This document shows positions 10,728 through 19,930 of a DNA stretch of 64,000 nt, piece after piece; the first letter of the stretch is position 1, and each line of letters starts with the position of its first letter. A program made the position numbers and the translations under genes. Source of the DNA: an uncultured delta proteobacterium (GTDB taxonomy: Bacteria > Desulfobacterota > Binatia > UBA9968); contig CAVSHR010000004.1 of the NCBI GenBank assembly GCA_963727625.1, positions 704,001 through 768,000 of the forward strand, in the 5' to 3' direction. The notes beneath the pieces are model-generated. The model ran no database searches. It had not been told where the DNA came from and saw nothing but the letters and a program-made list of their open reading frames with translations.

Positions 10728-11051
10728 TTACTTGGAGAAGGCTGTTTTCAAAATCGGCTCGAGCTCGCCTCTTTCGTGCATCTCGTGCACGATGTCGCAG
10801 CCGCCGACGAACTTGCCATCGATGTAGATCTGCGGGATGGTCGGCCAATTGGAGTAGCGCTTGATGCCGTCGCGCAACGCCGGATCGGCGAGCACATCGT
10901 CGCTGGCGAACGGGAATCCGTAGGACTTGAGGATCTCCACCGTGTGCGCCGAAAAACCGCACTGGGGGAAATCCGGAGTGCCCTTCATGTAAAGCATGAT
11001 TTTATTGTTTTTTACCTTTTCATCGATCTTGCCCAAGACGTCATCCGCCAT
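10728..11051 (-). CDS. grxD: Monothiol glutaredoxin (Grx4 family)
   Basis: MKGTP..PQCGFS, WPTIPQ, GGCDI. Confidence 0.97.
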   Translation of the reverse strand: MADDVLGKIDEKVKNNKIMLYMKGTPDFPQCGFSAHTVEILKSYGFPFASDDVLADPALRDGIKRYSNWPTIPQIYIDGKFVGGCDIVHEMHERGELEPILKTAFSK

Positions 11052-11076
11052 AATCGTTCTCCTTCCTGTGATTGCT

Positions 11077-11331
11077 TCAAGTCCCCAGTTTCTCCCACTG
11101 GGCGGGGCTAAAGGTTTTGAGTGCCAGGGCGTGGATTCGCTCGTCTTTCATCGGCTCCTTCAACGCTTCGTTGACCATGCGGTGTTGCTCAAGCAGGCCT
11201 TTGCCTTCAAACGCCGGTGAAACGATGATCAGCTGCCAATGATCACCACCGCCCGTGAGATCTTGCGTCTCGACCAGCGACACCGGCAGCGACACCGCCA
11301 AAGTAGCTTTAATCTCCTCCGGAGTAATCAT
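11077..11331 (-). CDS. bolA: BolA family protein
   Basis: GGGDH, SPAFEGK.LLEQHRMV, IHALAL; adjacent to grxD. Confidence 0.93.
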   Translation of the reverse strand: MITPEEIKATLAVSLPVSLVETQDLTGGGDHWQLIIVSPAFEGKGLLEQHRMVNEALKEPMKDERIHALALKTFSPAQWEKLGT

Positions 11332-11393
11332 GGAAAAATCTTACCGGTTCACAACCATGCTTGCAACTGCCGTCCCTGGCTTCGGATAGCGAT

Positions 11394-11900
11394 TCATTTG
11401 CCGACGGGTCCGTAGAAATCGGGCCGAACTTTCTTCAACATTGCGCGCAAGTCCATGCGCAACTCGTCTAACGTGGGCCTTCCGAGGTACCAATAGCCGC
11501 AATAGAGATTGTGAATCGTGAGATCCGGCAAGAGTGCAAAGGTATACGGCATGGCGGTCACCCCCCGGCTTTTCGAGGTTTCCGTCATCTCGAGCAGCTT
11601 CACGACTTTTCGCTCGGGATCGCTCAAAAACGTATAGGTGGCGCCGAGCCCGGTCCTAAAGGCGTCGCTCACTTCCGGGGCATCGACGCTCGCAACCGCC
11701 AGTTTGCAATAGTTAACCGCCAGCTCTTCTTGAAGTTCAATGTAATGGCGCAACTGCACCTGGCACTTCGCTCACCAAAAGCCGCGATAAAAGGACAGGA
11801 TGAACGGAAACTTGCCGACCAGATCGGAAAGCTTAGCCCTTTGACCGTCCTGGTCAGGCAGCTCGAAATCAGGAAAACGTTGACCGATCGTGAGATTCAT
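11394..11900 (-). CDS. AhpC/TSA (peroxiredoxin-like) probable selenoprotein, 168 aa, Sec at codon 43
   Basis: Manual translation MNLTIGQRFPDFELPDQDGQRAKLSDLVGKFPFILSFYRGFW-TGA-AKCQVQLRHY...; TGA at 11772-11774 is in frame with the 11394..11759 ORF and occupies the first Cys position of WCxxC. Confidence 0.88.
11747..11771 (-). promoter_or_regulatory. Candidate bacterial SECIS element
   Basis: After UGA: GCGAAGUGCCAGGUGCAGUUGCGCC; hairpin GGUGC-AGUU-GCGCC with a G-containing loop starting at +17. Confidence 0.55.
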
Positions 11901-11950
11901 ATTCGCACCTCAAAGCTAAAGTCCCGAGACTAAAATTCCGCCAGCGTTTC

Positions 11951-12172
11951 TTAAGGGTAGCCCTTCGCCATCTCGGCGAGAAAACCTTCTTTCTCTAATT
12001 GCAGCATTAGCGATAGATCGACAAACTGCTCCGGTTTGGCTGCCTTGGCGTTTGGCAATTTTACCACCACCTCTTCGAGTATGAATTGAATGCCTCTGAG
12101 CATCGGATAAGTCCGCTTCAACACGATTTTCACAAATGCCGCGTGGGGTTGCGTCGAGTGCTTCCGGATCAT
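11951..12172 (-). pseudogene. C-terminal relic of a NitT/TauT-type substrate-binding protein
   Basis: YP.LRGIQFILEE...AKPEQFVDLSL..QLEKEGF resembles the C-terminus of the SBP at 47022..48050 (GIQTILEEL...PQRFTDSRFVRELVNSGF); no N-terminal part. Confidence 0.7.
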
Positions 12173-12195
12173 CGGACAAGCGAAGACTTGCGCGC

Positions 12196-12453
12196 TCAGT
12201 ACGCCTTGGCAGTGGAACCGGCTTCTTTGTCGTCGTTCGAGACACCGAGCTTCATCTCCAGGGCCTTGACTCGTTTTTCAAGAGTCCGTACCTGCGCTTG
12301 AGACTGCGCAAGCTGTTTTTCGACGATCGAAACCACCGATGCGGTATCGCCCCACCAGGAATAACCGGCGAGTACACCAACCATCACCGAGCCGATACCG
12401 GCCAAAATCCAATAGAACCGATGGGATTCGCGCGAACGTTTAACCCAAGGCAT
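12196..12453 (-). CDS. Small single-TM coiled-coil hypothetical protein
   Basis: One TM helix followed by a heptad-rich segment. Confidence 0.6.
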   Translation of the reverse strand: MPWVKRSRESHRFYWILAGIGSVMVGVLAGYSWWGDTASVVSIVEKQLAQSQAQVRTLEKRVKALEMKLGVSNDDKEAGSTAKAY

Positions 12454-12487
12454 AGCTTTTCTCTTGTAGCTGAAAGCGCCCCGGGCG

Positions 12488-13231
12488 TCAAATATGGCGA
12501 ACTGGCCAATCGCGGGCCTCCATCGACTGCCCGGTGACGTTCGCCGAGTCGTCGGAAGCTAGATACAGGAACAACGGCATTAACTGCTCCGGGGGCGGCA
12601 GAGCTAATGGGTCCTCGGCCGGATAAGCCGCCGCACGCATGCGGGTTCTGGTTGCAGCAGGATTGACTGAATTGACCCTGATACCCGCCTCTTTGACCTC
12701 GTCGGCGAGCACCTGAGTGAGGCCTTCGAGCCCCGCCTTCGATACCGCATAGGCGCCCCAGCGGGCCTTGCCTCTGCGACCGACGCCGGAGGTCACATTG
12801 ACAATCGAGCCGGCGCGCCGCGCAATCATGCCCGGCAGCACCGCGCGCGCCATCAGGAAAATCCCGGTCAGGTTAATCCTAAGGACCTCTTCCCAGCTGG
12901 CAATGGGATAATCCACCACCGCAACACGCGGTCCCAAAATACTCGCGTTGTTAACCAGCACATCCAACCTGCCGAAGCGTGCAATGGCTGCCTCCACCAG
13001 CCGCTCGGCATCCGCCGCATTGCCGACATCACCGCTGGCGCCGTCGATCGTTCCGCCCGCTTCGGCGATCTCGCGCAACGCTGTGGCAACCGCGCTCTCG
13101 TTTCGCCCACAAATAAACACCTCAGCGCCCGCTTGAGCGTACGCTGCCGCGATCGCGCGGCCGATCCCGTGGCTGCCGCCGGTGATGAGCGCTGCCTTAC
13201 CCGACAATTTTTTTGCTTCGCCGCTTGCCAT
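12488..13231 (-). CDS. SDR oxidoreductase (YciK-like)
   Basis: TGGSHGIG, NNASILG, WGAYAVSK, RTRMRAAAYPAEDP. Confidence 0.9.
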   Translation of the reverse strand: MASGEAKKLSGKAALITGGSHGIGRAIAAAYAQAGAEVFICGRNESAVATALREIAEAGGTIDGASGDVGNAADAERLVEAAIARFGRLDVLVNNASILGPRVAVVDYPIASWEEVLRINLTGIFLMARAVLPGMIARRAGSIVNVTSGVGRRGKARWGAYAVSKAGLEGLTQVLADEVKEAGIRVNSVNPAATRTRMRAAAYPAEDPLALPPPEQLMPLFLYLASDDSANVTGQSMEARDWPVRHI

Positions 13232-13264
13232 CGAACACCGCCTATTTCATATTCAAATCTACCC

Positions 13265-14206
13265 ATGAACTCGTTAAGAATCCATCAGCGCTTGTTAATT
13301 TTTTTACTGCTCGTGCTGGCGCTCACCTGCGTGATCAGCCCATGGATGGCGCTGGGCGCGGACTGGTTCGCGGCACGCTGGCCCGGCATCTTGCCTGAGC
13401 GCGTCGAATTCTCCCGGGTCTTTAATCGCGCGTTCATGGTCGCCGGATTTATTTTGTTCATCCCGTTCCGCCGGAAACTCCTGCCGGCCCGGCTCAAACA
13501 ATTGTTGACGCCGGGCGTTCGCGTTGCCTGGCGGAATCTATCTGCCGGCGTCGGTTTAGCCGTAGGTTCCATCGTGCTGCTGGTCGCGCTGATGGCCGCG
13601 ACCGACGTTTTCACTCCATATTTTCGCCTGACCTTGGCCGACTCCCTTTCGCGAAGCCTCAGCGCGCTGCTCGCGGGGATATTCGCCGGCCTTCTCGAAG
13701 AAGTGTTTTTTCGCGGCATTTTGTTCCTCGGATTGCGCGAGCACGGCGGTTCGCTGCGCGCTTACCTGCTCGCCAATTTGTTTTACTCGACTATTCATTT
13801 TGTTAAACCGGGGGAATCCTATGTTCTCGCTGACTTGGCTCCCCTGGCCGGGTTTCGCCACTTGCTGACGACTTTCGAGCCCTTTCTCGACCCGCTGCCC
13901 CTTCTACCCGGCATCTTCGGTCTGTTCTTAATCGGCGTCGTCCTGAGCTACGCGCTGGTAAAAACCGGAAACCTGTATCTCTCGATTGGCCTGCATGCCG
14001 GTTGGGTCTTTGCCTTGAAGACGATCCGGGTTTTCGGCAATTTCACCCGTCAAGACTTGGGCTGGCCCTTCGGTTCCACCGATCCAAAGATCGTCAGCGG
14101 CGTGATCACTTGGTTCGGCATTCTTTTGGTCGGCGTCGTCGTGAGCCGGCTTACCCGGCCAGGCTCGCAACTCGCAGCCGGTCGGCCTCCCGCAACAACG
14201 GCTTGA
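13265..14206 (+). CDS. CPBP (CAAX/Abi) intramembrane metalloprotease
   Basis: EEVFFRG, YSTIHF, SIGLHAGW; multiple TM segments. Confidence 0.9.
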   Translation: MNSLRIHQRLLIFLLLVLALTCVISPWMALGADWFAARWPGILPERVEFSRVFNRAFMVAGFILFIPFRRKLLPARLKQLLTPGVRVAWRNLSAGVGLAVGSIVLLVALMAATDVFTPYFRLTLADSLSRSLSALLAGIFAGLLEEVFFRGILFLGLREHGGSLRAYLLANLFYSTIHFVKPGESYVLADLAPLAGFRHLLTTFEPFLDPLPLLPGIFGLFLIGVVLSYALVKTGNLYLSIGLHAGWVFALKTIRVFGNFTRQDLGWPFGSTDPKIVSGVITWFGILLVGVVVSRLTRPGSQLAAGRPPATTA

Positions 14207-14810
14207 CTTTTTCGGCGATGCGCTCGGCGACCAACCGGTAGCCGGCGCCGTTGGGGTGAATTACATCGCTCTTCAAGCTCGAATCGGTGAGAATTCCCTT
14301 CATCACCCCCGGAATGTAAAGCGCGTTGAATTTTTTCGCCGTCTCCTCGAAGATTGAATTGAACTCATCGGTGAACAGCCCCAGCCTGATCCCGGCGATC
14401 GCCACCATCGCCCCCTCGGCTTGAATGCGACTGACGATCTCTTCGAGGTTTTTTCTGGTTTCCTGACGTGGCGCCCGGCGTAGGAAATCGTTGCCGCCGA
14501 GCAACACGATCACCAGCCGCGGACTCTTGCCCGACACCGTCTCCGACAGCCGCGCTAACGCCTGTGCCGTCGTGTCGCCGCGCCGCCCCGCGTTAAAGAC
14601 CGGAAAACCGATGAGCCGAGACAGCACCGACGGATAGTTTTCACTCGCGCTCGCGCCGACGCCCTCGGTCAAGCTATCGCCGAAGCAGATGACGGCTTGC
14701 CCGGCGGAGCGAATGTTTCGAACCTTGTCGTAGCGCTCCCCGCCGCAAGCGGCGAGCAGGCTGATCAACAGGCAAAACCAAAATACACGCAACCCTCGGT
14801 AGCGACTCAT
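14151..14810 (-). CDS. GDSL/SGNH arylesterase lipoprotein (TesA-like)
   Basis: FGDSLT, GGND, DVIHPN; lipobox LAAC. Confidence 0.9.
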   Translation of the reverse strand: MSRYRGLRVFWFCLLISLLAACGGERYDKVRNIRSAGQAVICFGDSLTEGVGASASENYPSVLSRLIGFPVFNAGRRGDTTAQALARLSETVSGKSPRLVIVLLGGNDFLRRAPRQETRKNLEEIVSRIQAEGAMVAIAGIRLGLFTDEFNSIFEETAKKFNALYIPGVMKGILTDSSLKSDVIHPNGAGYRLVAERIAEKVKPLLREADRLRVASLAG

Positions 14811-15054
14811 TTAGGTAGGCACCGGCATTCAGAATAATAATGAAACGACGGTGTCGTCATGCTGATTACGAAGTGAAGCTTCTGGTGCAAACTGACTCAC
14901 AACGCAAAACTTAGTTTCGCGAAGAAACAAAGTGGAAGGAGAAATCAGTTCAACCCAGGCATGGCTGCTTGGTTTTCTCCCGTCACTTAAATCTGAACTG
15001 TTTGCAATAAGGTCGTCCAGCTTTTGCAATGAATGGCCCTGTCTACCTTGCGCA

Positions 15055-16032
15055 TCAGTTCGAGCCAATTCTTACGGCCGCCTCTTGGCGTATGAAGCCT
15101 GGCGGCCGCCCGTGCTTGGAACGAATCTCTAGCCAACCGTCCCTGGAATCCACAACGTTCAGCTTAATTCCCTTGCCAATATTGGCAATAAACTTTGAAT
15201 CTTCGCTTGGCCCACTGTAGACTTGGGTTGGACCAACAGTTCGAAAGGAGCCTCGGACACGCGGCGCCGCCTTAAGCGGTGATTTGGAAACGGTCTCTAC
15301 TACGCGTTCAACAGTCGTAGGTTCAGGGGTGAAGACTATCGGATCCCTGGAAATTGCAACTTCAGTCCTCAGGTTTTTCATGGCGACTGCGCCTGCAATC
15401 ATGAGAATAATGACGCCGGCGAACACCGCGCCAAAGCGCCAGTTTCGAACCATCGAGCCCAACACTAAAAGACTCGGCTTTTTCTCCTTCGCTCCATGAG
15501 TTTTCGCTGACAAATCGATTGAACTATTCGTTTGCCCGCCCGCTTTGCCTGATCCGTTCAAATCTGACGCCAATCCGGCAACCGTGTCAATCTTGCTTTG
15601 AAGGATCGGTGCTTCCGCAGAGTCGTCCTCAACCGCCGGTGAAACCCCGCCAACAACACCACTGTCGTTGAGTTTCTCTTGCATCTGGCGATTTCTATCG
15701 ATGACTCGCGCGTTTTCGGCCTGTAATGCATCGAGCTGCTGCCGCAGCAGACTGACCTGTCTCTGGTTTTCCTCGCCTTTAGCAAAGCGCTCCTGCCAGC
15801 CCGTAATCTCCTCTCCAAGCCGGCGATTTTCATCGGCCAATTCCTGGCAAATGCGTTCGGTTTCTCGAAGACGTTCGTGAGTTTCCTCAAGCGCTTCGAC
15901 CTGATTTTTCCCTTCGGAAAGTTCGCGCTCCAAGTCGCGAATGAGCGCTTCCAACTTCTGTTGCTGCTTTTGATGCCTCATCTCACGAGACTCATAGTAC
16001 GCTTGAGTTTTCGGGTAACAGTAGTGCCGCAA
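15055..16032 (-). CDS. Coiled-coil + TM + C-terminal SH3b-like domain protein; 5' end uncertain
   Basis: Long heptad region, one TM helix, VYSGPS..S..IANI.KG.KLNVV...DGWLEI. Confidence 0.65.
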   Translation of the reverse strand: MRHYCYPKTQAYYESREMRHQKQQQKLEALIRDLERELSEGKNQVEALEETHERLRETERICQELADENRRLGEEITGWQERFAKGEENQRQVSLLRQQLDALQAENARVIDRNRQMQEKLNDSGVVGGVSPAVEDDSAEAPILQSKIDTVAGLASDLNGSGKAGGQTNSSIDLSAKTHGAKEKKPSLLVLGSMVRNWRFGAVFAGVIILMIAGAVAMKNLRTEVAISRDPIVFTPEPTTVERVVETVSKSPLKAAPRVRGSFRTVGPTQVYSGPSEDSKFIANIGKGIKLNVVDSRDGWLEIRSKHGRPPGFIRQEAAVRIGSN

Positions 16033-16138
16033 GCATCGCGACGATTTGACCGTTCATCCTGTTTCTCTTCATCGTGGGATAACCTGAGCAAGCCCCGCCA
16101 AGGGGTTGCCACAGCGCTGCAGCGGGCTGACTACATGC

Positions 16139-16450
16139 TCATTTTTTGCCCTTCTTCGCTTTGCTGGTAGAGATTAGGTTTTTCCCGCCCTGCTCAAGAC
16201 CGCGGGTCAGTGATCCGTCTTCGTCTTTTTTCTTTTGCAAACCTGAAGGAAGATTTCCCTTCTTTTCGGACAACTGTTCGAGACCAAAGGGAAGTTTGCC
16301 GGCCTCACGGCCGTTTTTCCCTTTAGCACCCGCATCCTGTTTCCCCTTGGCTTTGCCTTTTCCCGCCCCCTCTGAGTACGCGGGGGCTACCGCCGTACTC
16401 ATGCTGAAGGCGATGGCCAGGGCCGACAAACTTCTGAATGTTGCGTTCAT
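16139..16450 (-). CDS. Small Lys/Gly-rich secreted protein (LPxGL motifs)
   Basis: Signal peptide; repeats LPFGLE, LPSGLQKK, LTRGLE. Confidence 0.6.
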   Translation of the reverse strand: MNATFRSLSALAIAFSMSTAVAPAYSEGAGKGKAKGKQDAGAKGKNGREAGKLPFGLEQLSEKKGNLPSGLQKKKDEDGSLTRGLEQGGKNLISTSKAKKGKK

Positions 16451-16765
16451 CGTTTTCATCCTTCCAATGATAAGAATATTCTCCCGGAGTTTTGCGGCAT
16501 AGTAATCACCCCATTGACGTCTAACCAAAACCATCGTCCGGCGTTTCAGCCGTCAAATTCTGTCTAAGACCAAGTTCGGCCCGACATTACCTGCGTTAAT
16601 GCTTGTCTCGCGAATTCAGAACTGATGACCCGGCAAGGACCAGGAACTGTGGGGAGGCAAAGTAAGCGAACTTGACTGTTGTCGGGTTCACCATTTGCTC
16701 CCTGACCCCCATGGTGACCATGTGGGGGAATCAGTTCATCGCATCAACGTCGAATAGATACATCA

Positions 16766-16780
16766 GCAACAACTATGCCA
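16766..16780 (-). promoter_or_regulatory. Sigma54 (-24/-12) promoter
   Basis: TGGCATAGTTGTTGC on the minus strand, GG-N10-GC, near-consensus. Confidence 0.75.
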
Positions 16781-17168
16781 GAGTAACGAAAGGCATTTTC
16801 CTGGACTCTGGGGTACCAGCGCGTCGGGTTTGGAAACAGTAGCAGAAAAGAAATTACCTCACCCGGAAAAAACTCCCCTCACACATGACGTGTTACGGCA
16901 TAAAAGACTCCCGATAATATAAATTTTCCTCACGTGTCGATAGCGTGTCAGGTTTGACAGCCAGGCGCCGTCGTATCGTCTCTCCGGCGCGCGTTGATCA
17001 AAGGCTTGACTACGAGGCGTTATAAAATCGACGCATAGTCCTCCCCGCTTTCACCACCCAAGCCTGCGTGATCCTTGTTCGTAAGGCGAGAGCGACAGAC
17101 AAATCAATAACATTTGAAAGCTTGTTCTCTTTAAGCTTAGCAAAACTAAATGCAAAGCCGCGAGTGAA

Positions 17169-18191
17169 TCAGTCGGGAAGCCAGGCCAGGGCGCGGATTT
17201 CGCCGAGCCGGCGCTTGAGCGCGGTCCAGCTCTCGCCGCCGTCGGTGCTTCGGTAGATCTGGCCGAGAGTCGCGGCGGCGTAGATCAGCTTCGGGTCCGC
17301 CGGGTTGGCGGCGAGGAAATAGGCCGAGCTTTCGACTTCGCCCGGCAATCCGGCGTCCTCCCAAACGGCGCCGTGATTGCGGCTGCGGAACAGGCGCCCG
17401 GCCGTGCCCGGAGGACCGTCGCCGTTGGTCATGAACATGACGCCGCTGCCGTCCGGGCGCTCGACGATGGAGCGGGTGTACTGCCACTCGGAATCGATCG
17501 GTTGCATGATCCAGCTCGCGCCGTCGTCGCGGCTCACGTGCAAGCCCGCATTGGTGGTCGCTAGTAGCACGCGCCCGCCGTTGTGCACCACGGCGAAGCC
17601 GTGAATGTCCTCGGTCTTGATCCCGCGGTCGCTTCGCTCCCATCGCTCGCCACCGTCGGTGCTGCGCCACGCGCCGTCGATTTCCACCCCGGCCCAGACG
17701 AGCGAGGAATCCTTTGGGTCGAAAACGATCTGCGTCACTCGGGTCCAGTGCTTCCGGCCGTAGGCGCCGGGATGCCCCTCGGGATACGGCTTATCGCCCA
17801 GGTAATAGCCGGTAAGCGCGTAGGGCTTCATCGGCACGCTCAGCTTGCGCCAGCTCTTGCCGCCGTTTTCGGAGCGGTAAAGCCCCGACGGCTGCGTTCC
17901 CGCCATCATCACGTCGGGATTATCCGGCGCGCAGGCAATCGCGGTGACGATCATCGCGTCGTCCGCCGGCGACGGGATATGGGTCCAGTTTTCTTCCTCT
18001 TGGTCCATCCGGTAGATACCGGAGTTGGTGCCGGCGAAAAGCACGTGCAGTCGTGAAGGATGCAGCGCCAGCGCCCAGACTTGGCTGCCGCTGTATAGTC
18101 CACTGCCCGTGGACATTCGCAGCAGCGTCTCGCCGAGATCATCGCTGCTCCAAACCGAGAGCCCGTTGGTCGCCACGTATAAATGTGACAT
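17169..18191 (-). CDS. BNR/Asp-box repeat beta-propeller protein
   Basis: Repeated S.DGG.SW motifs (SENGGKSW, STDGGERW, SRDDGASW, STDGGESW). Confidence 0.88.
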   Translation of the reverse strand: MSHLYVATNGLSVWSSDDLGETLLRMSTGSGLYSGSQVWALALHPSRLHVLFAGTNSGIYRMDQEEENWTHIPSPADDAMIVTAIACAPDNPDVMMAGTQPSGLYRSENGGKSWRKLSVPMKPYALTGYYLGDKPYPEGHPGAYGRKHWTRVTQIVFDPKDSSLVWAGVEIDGAWRSTDGGERWERSDRGIKTEDIHGFAVVHNGGRVLLATTNAGLHVSRDDGASWIMQPIDSEWQYTRSIVERPDGSGVMFMTNGDGPPGTAGRLFRSRNHGAVWEDAGLPGEVESSAYFLAANPADPKLIYAAATLGQIYRSTDGGESWTALKRRLGEIRALAWLPD

Positions 18192-18339
18192 CTCGCCCTC
18201 CTTCGCGTTCTCGAACCCTGCCGTGAGCCGAGGACGTCCAGCTTTCAGCCGTCGTTGAGCCTAACTGGTAAACTCGAACCTATAAGGCTTGGCGCGTTAT
18301 TTGATTCGTTTTCCGAGCGCGACACCCAAGGCCTTGTAG

Positions 18340-18368
18340 AGGCTAGTCGCGACGAAGTTTTATGTCAA
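18340..18368 (-). promoter_or_regulatory. Sigma70 promoter pointing towards the BNR gene
   Basis: TTGACA-17 nt-TAGCCT on the minus strand. Confidence 0.6.
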
Positions 18369-18489
18369 ACAAGACCAAAAGCAAATCTCAAAGCGGTCCC
18401 TTTCTTGGGTAGCTTCGCTCGCGAAAACCTGTGAGGATATTTCTTTTCCACCGAGCCCAACATCGTCGGTGGCGCGACAAGATTAATCG

Positions 18490-18642
18490 CTACGCCGTCT
18501 CTGAGCAAACTTTCTTCCCCTCCCCCTGAAAACTCTCGCACACATGCTCGAAGACCGCTGTGCACTTGTTCTGATAAAGTTCATTCGAGCAAGCGCGCAG
18601 CAAGCCGTCGTCCAATATGCCTTCAATGGCGAGGCGCGCTTG
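18490..18642 (-). pseudogene. Relic of type I restriction enzyme R subunit C-terminus
   Basis: QARLAIEGILDDGLLRACSNELYQNKCTAVFEHVCESFQGEGKKV resembles the HsdR end motif (VRLAIED.LD.GLPRAY..ELY..KC..VFEHVYESY.GEG), recalled rather than searched. Confidence 0.6.
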
Positions 18643-18842
18643 TGGAAGGGACAGTGCTGGAGTCAGGCCAAGATCGTTACTTAAAACGAAAATACAGAGG
18701 TCGAAGATCTCATGCAAAGAAACAAAACGACGAAATTTTCAAACGCAGCAATTAAAAAACATCATCACCGCTTGAAATTTCCAGCGGGGACATCAGCCAT
18801 AACAATCCTATCAAAGCCTTGCCTCCCCTTGTCGGAAATCGA

Positions 18843-19928
18843 TCAGTCCCGCACCACGACGCAGTCGTCGGGATGGGCGGCGGCGTAGATCGACTGGCCA
18901 GGCGCGAATCGCTGCGACGCGGGGGCGATTACGCGCAAGGGTGATCCCGACACCGGCTCAATCATGTAGTCCACCGAGTCGCCGAAGTAGATCGAGCGCA
19001 GGATCGTTCCTAAGAAGAGATTGTAGCCTTGGTCGGTTAACTGGCGGACAGCGTTTTCGTCAGTGACGAGTTTGAGATTATGCGGCCGCAGGCAGACCGA
19101 AGCCTCACTCCCCGCTGCTAGCTCACCGGCGTCGGCGAGGCGAATGGTTGCGCCGTCATCGAGCCGGAGCTTGCCGTCGGCTTCCATGCGTCCGGTGAGG
19201 ATGTTCGCCTTGCCGACGAATTCGGCGACGAAGCGGGTCTTTGGCCGATCGAAGATTTCCGCCGGACTCCCGAACTGAACCAGCCGACCGCGATCGAGCA
19301 CCGCGATCCGATCGGCCGTCGCCATGGCTTCAGCCTGATCATGGGTCACATAAACCGTGGTGATTTTAAATTCTTCGTGCAAGCGGCGAATCTCGAAGCG
19401 CATCTCTTCGCGCAGGTTGGCGTCCAGGTTGCTCAGAGGCTCGTCCATCAAAAGAATATGCGGCTCGACCACCAGCGCGCGCGCCAACGCAACCCGCTGC
19501 TGTTGGCCGCCGGAGAGTTGCGCCGGATAGCGCTCTTTGAATTCCGACAAGTGCACGACGTCGAGCAGCGTGGCTACTTTCTCGTCGATTCCTTGCCTCG
19601 TAAGTTTTTTGAATTTGAGCCCATAGGCAACATTTTGCGCTACCGTCATATGCGGCCAGACCGCATAACTTTGAAAGATCATCGACATGTTGCGCCGCTC
19701 GGGCGGCACGACCGTTGAAGCCGAAGAAATAATCTCGCCGTCCACCCGGATCTCGCCGCCGTCGGGGCGCAAGAAGCCGGCGAGCAGTCTCAACGTCGTG
19801 GTCTTGCCGCAACCGGAAGGGCCGAGCAGCGCGACGAATTGGCCATCAGCGATTTCTAACTGGAGAGCGTCGACGGCGGTGGCATCGCCAAACTGCTTGG
19901 TCAGCGCGCATATCAAAACTGTCGCCAT
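18843..19928 (-). CDS. ABC transporter ATP-binding protein (PotA/FbpC-like, TOBE)
   Basis: GPSGCGKTT, LSGGQQQR, LLMDEP, VTHDQ. Confidence 0.95.
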   Translation of the reverse strand: MATVLICALTKQFGDATAVDALQLEIADGQFVALLGPSGCGKTTTLRLLAGFLRPDGGEIRVDGEIISSASTVVPPERRNMSMIFQSYAVWPHMTVAQNVAYGLKFKKLTRQGIDEKVATLLDVVHLSEFKERYPAQLSGGQQQRVALARALVVEPHILLMDEPLSNLDANLREEMRFEIRRLHEEFKITTVYVTHDQAEAMATADRIAVLDRGRLVQFGSPAEIFDRPKTRFVAEFVGKANILTGRMEADGKLRLDDGATIRLADAGELAAGSEASVCLRPHNLKLVTDENAVRQLTDQGYNLFLGTILRSIYFGDSVDYMIEPVSGSPLRVIAPASQRFAPGQSIYAAAHPDDCVVVRD

Positions 19929-19930
19929 AG

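Noticed and set aside
16565-16700. 43-aa ORF (MVNPTTVKF...) in the sigma54 leader
   Set aside because: Has an RBS-like GGGGAG but no recognisable features; cannot be supported from sequence alone.
18210-18260. attC-like hairpin upstream of the BNR gene
   Set aside because: AAC and GTT ends are present, but the L boxes pair poorly and the element is too short.
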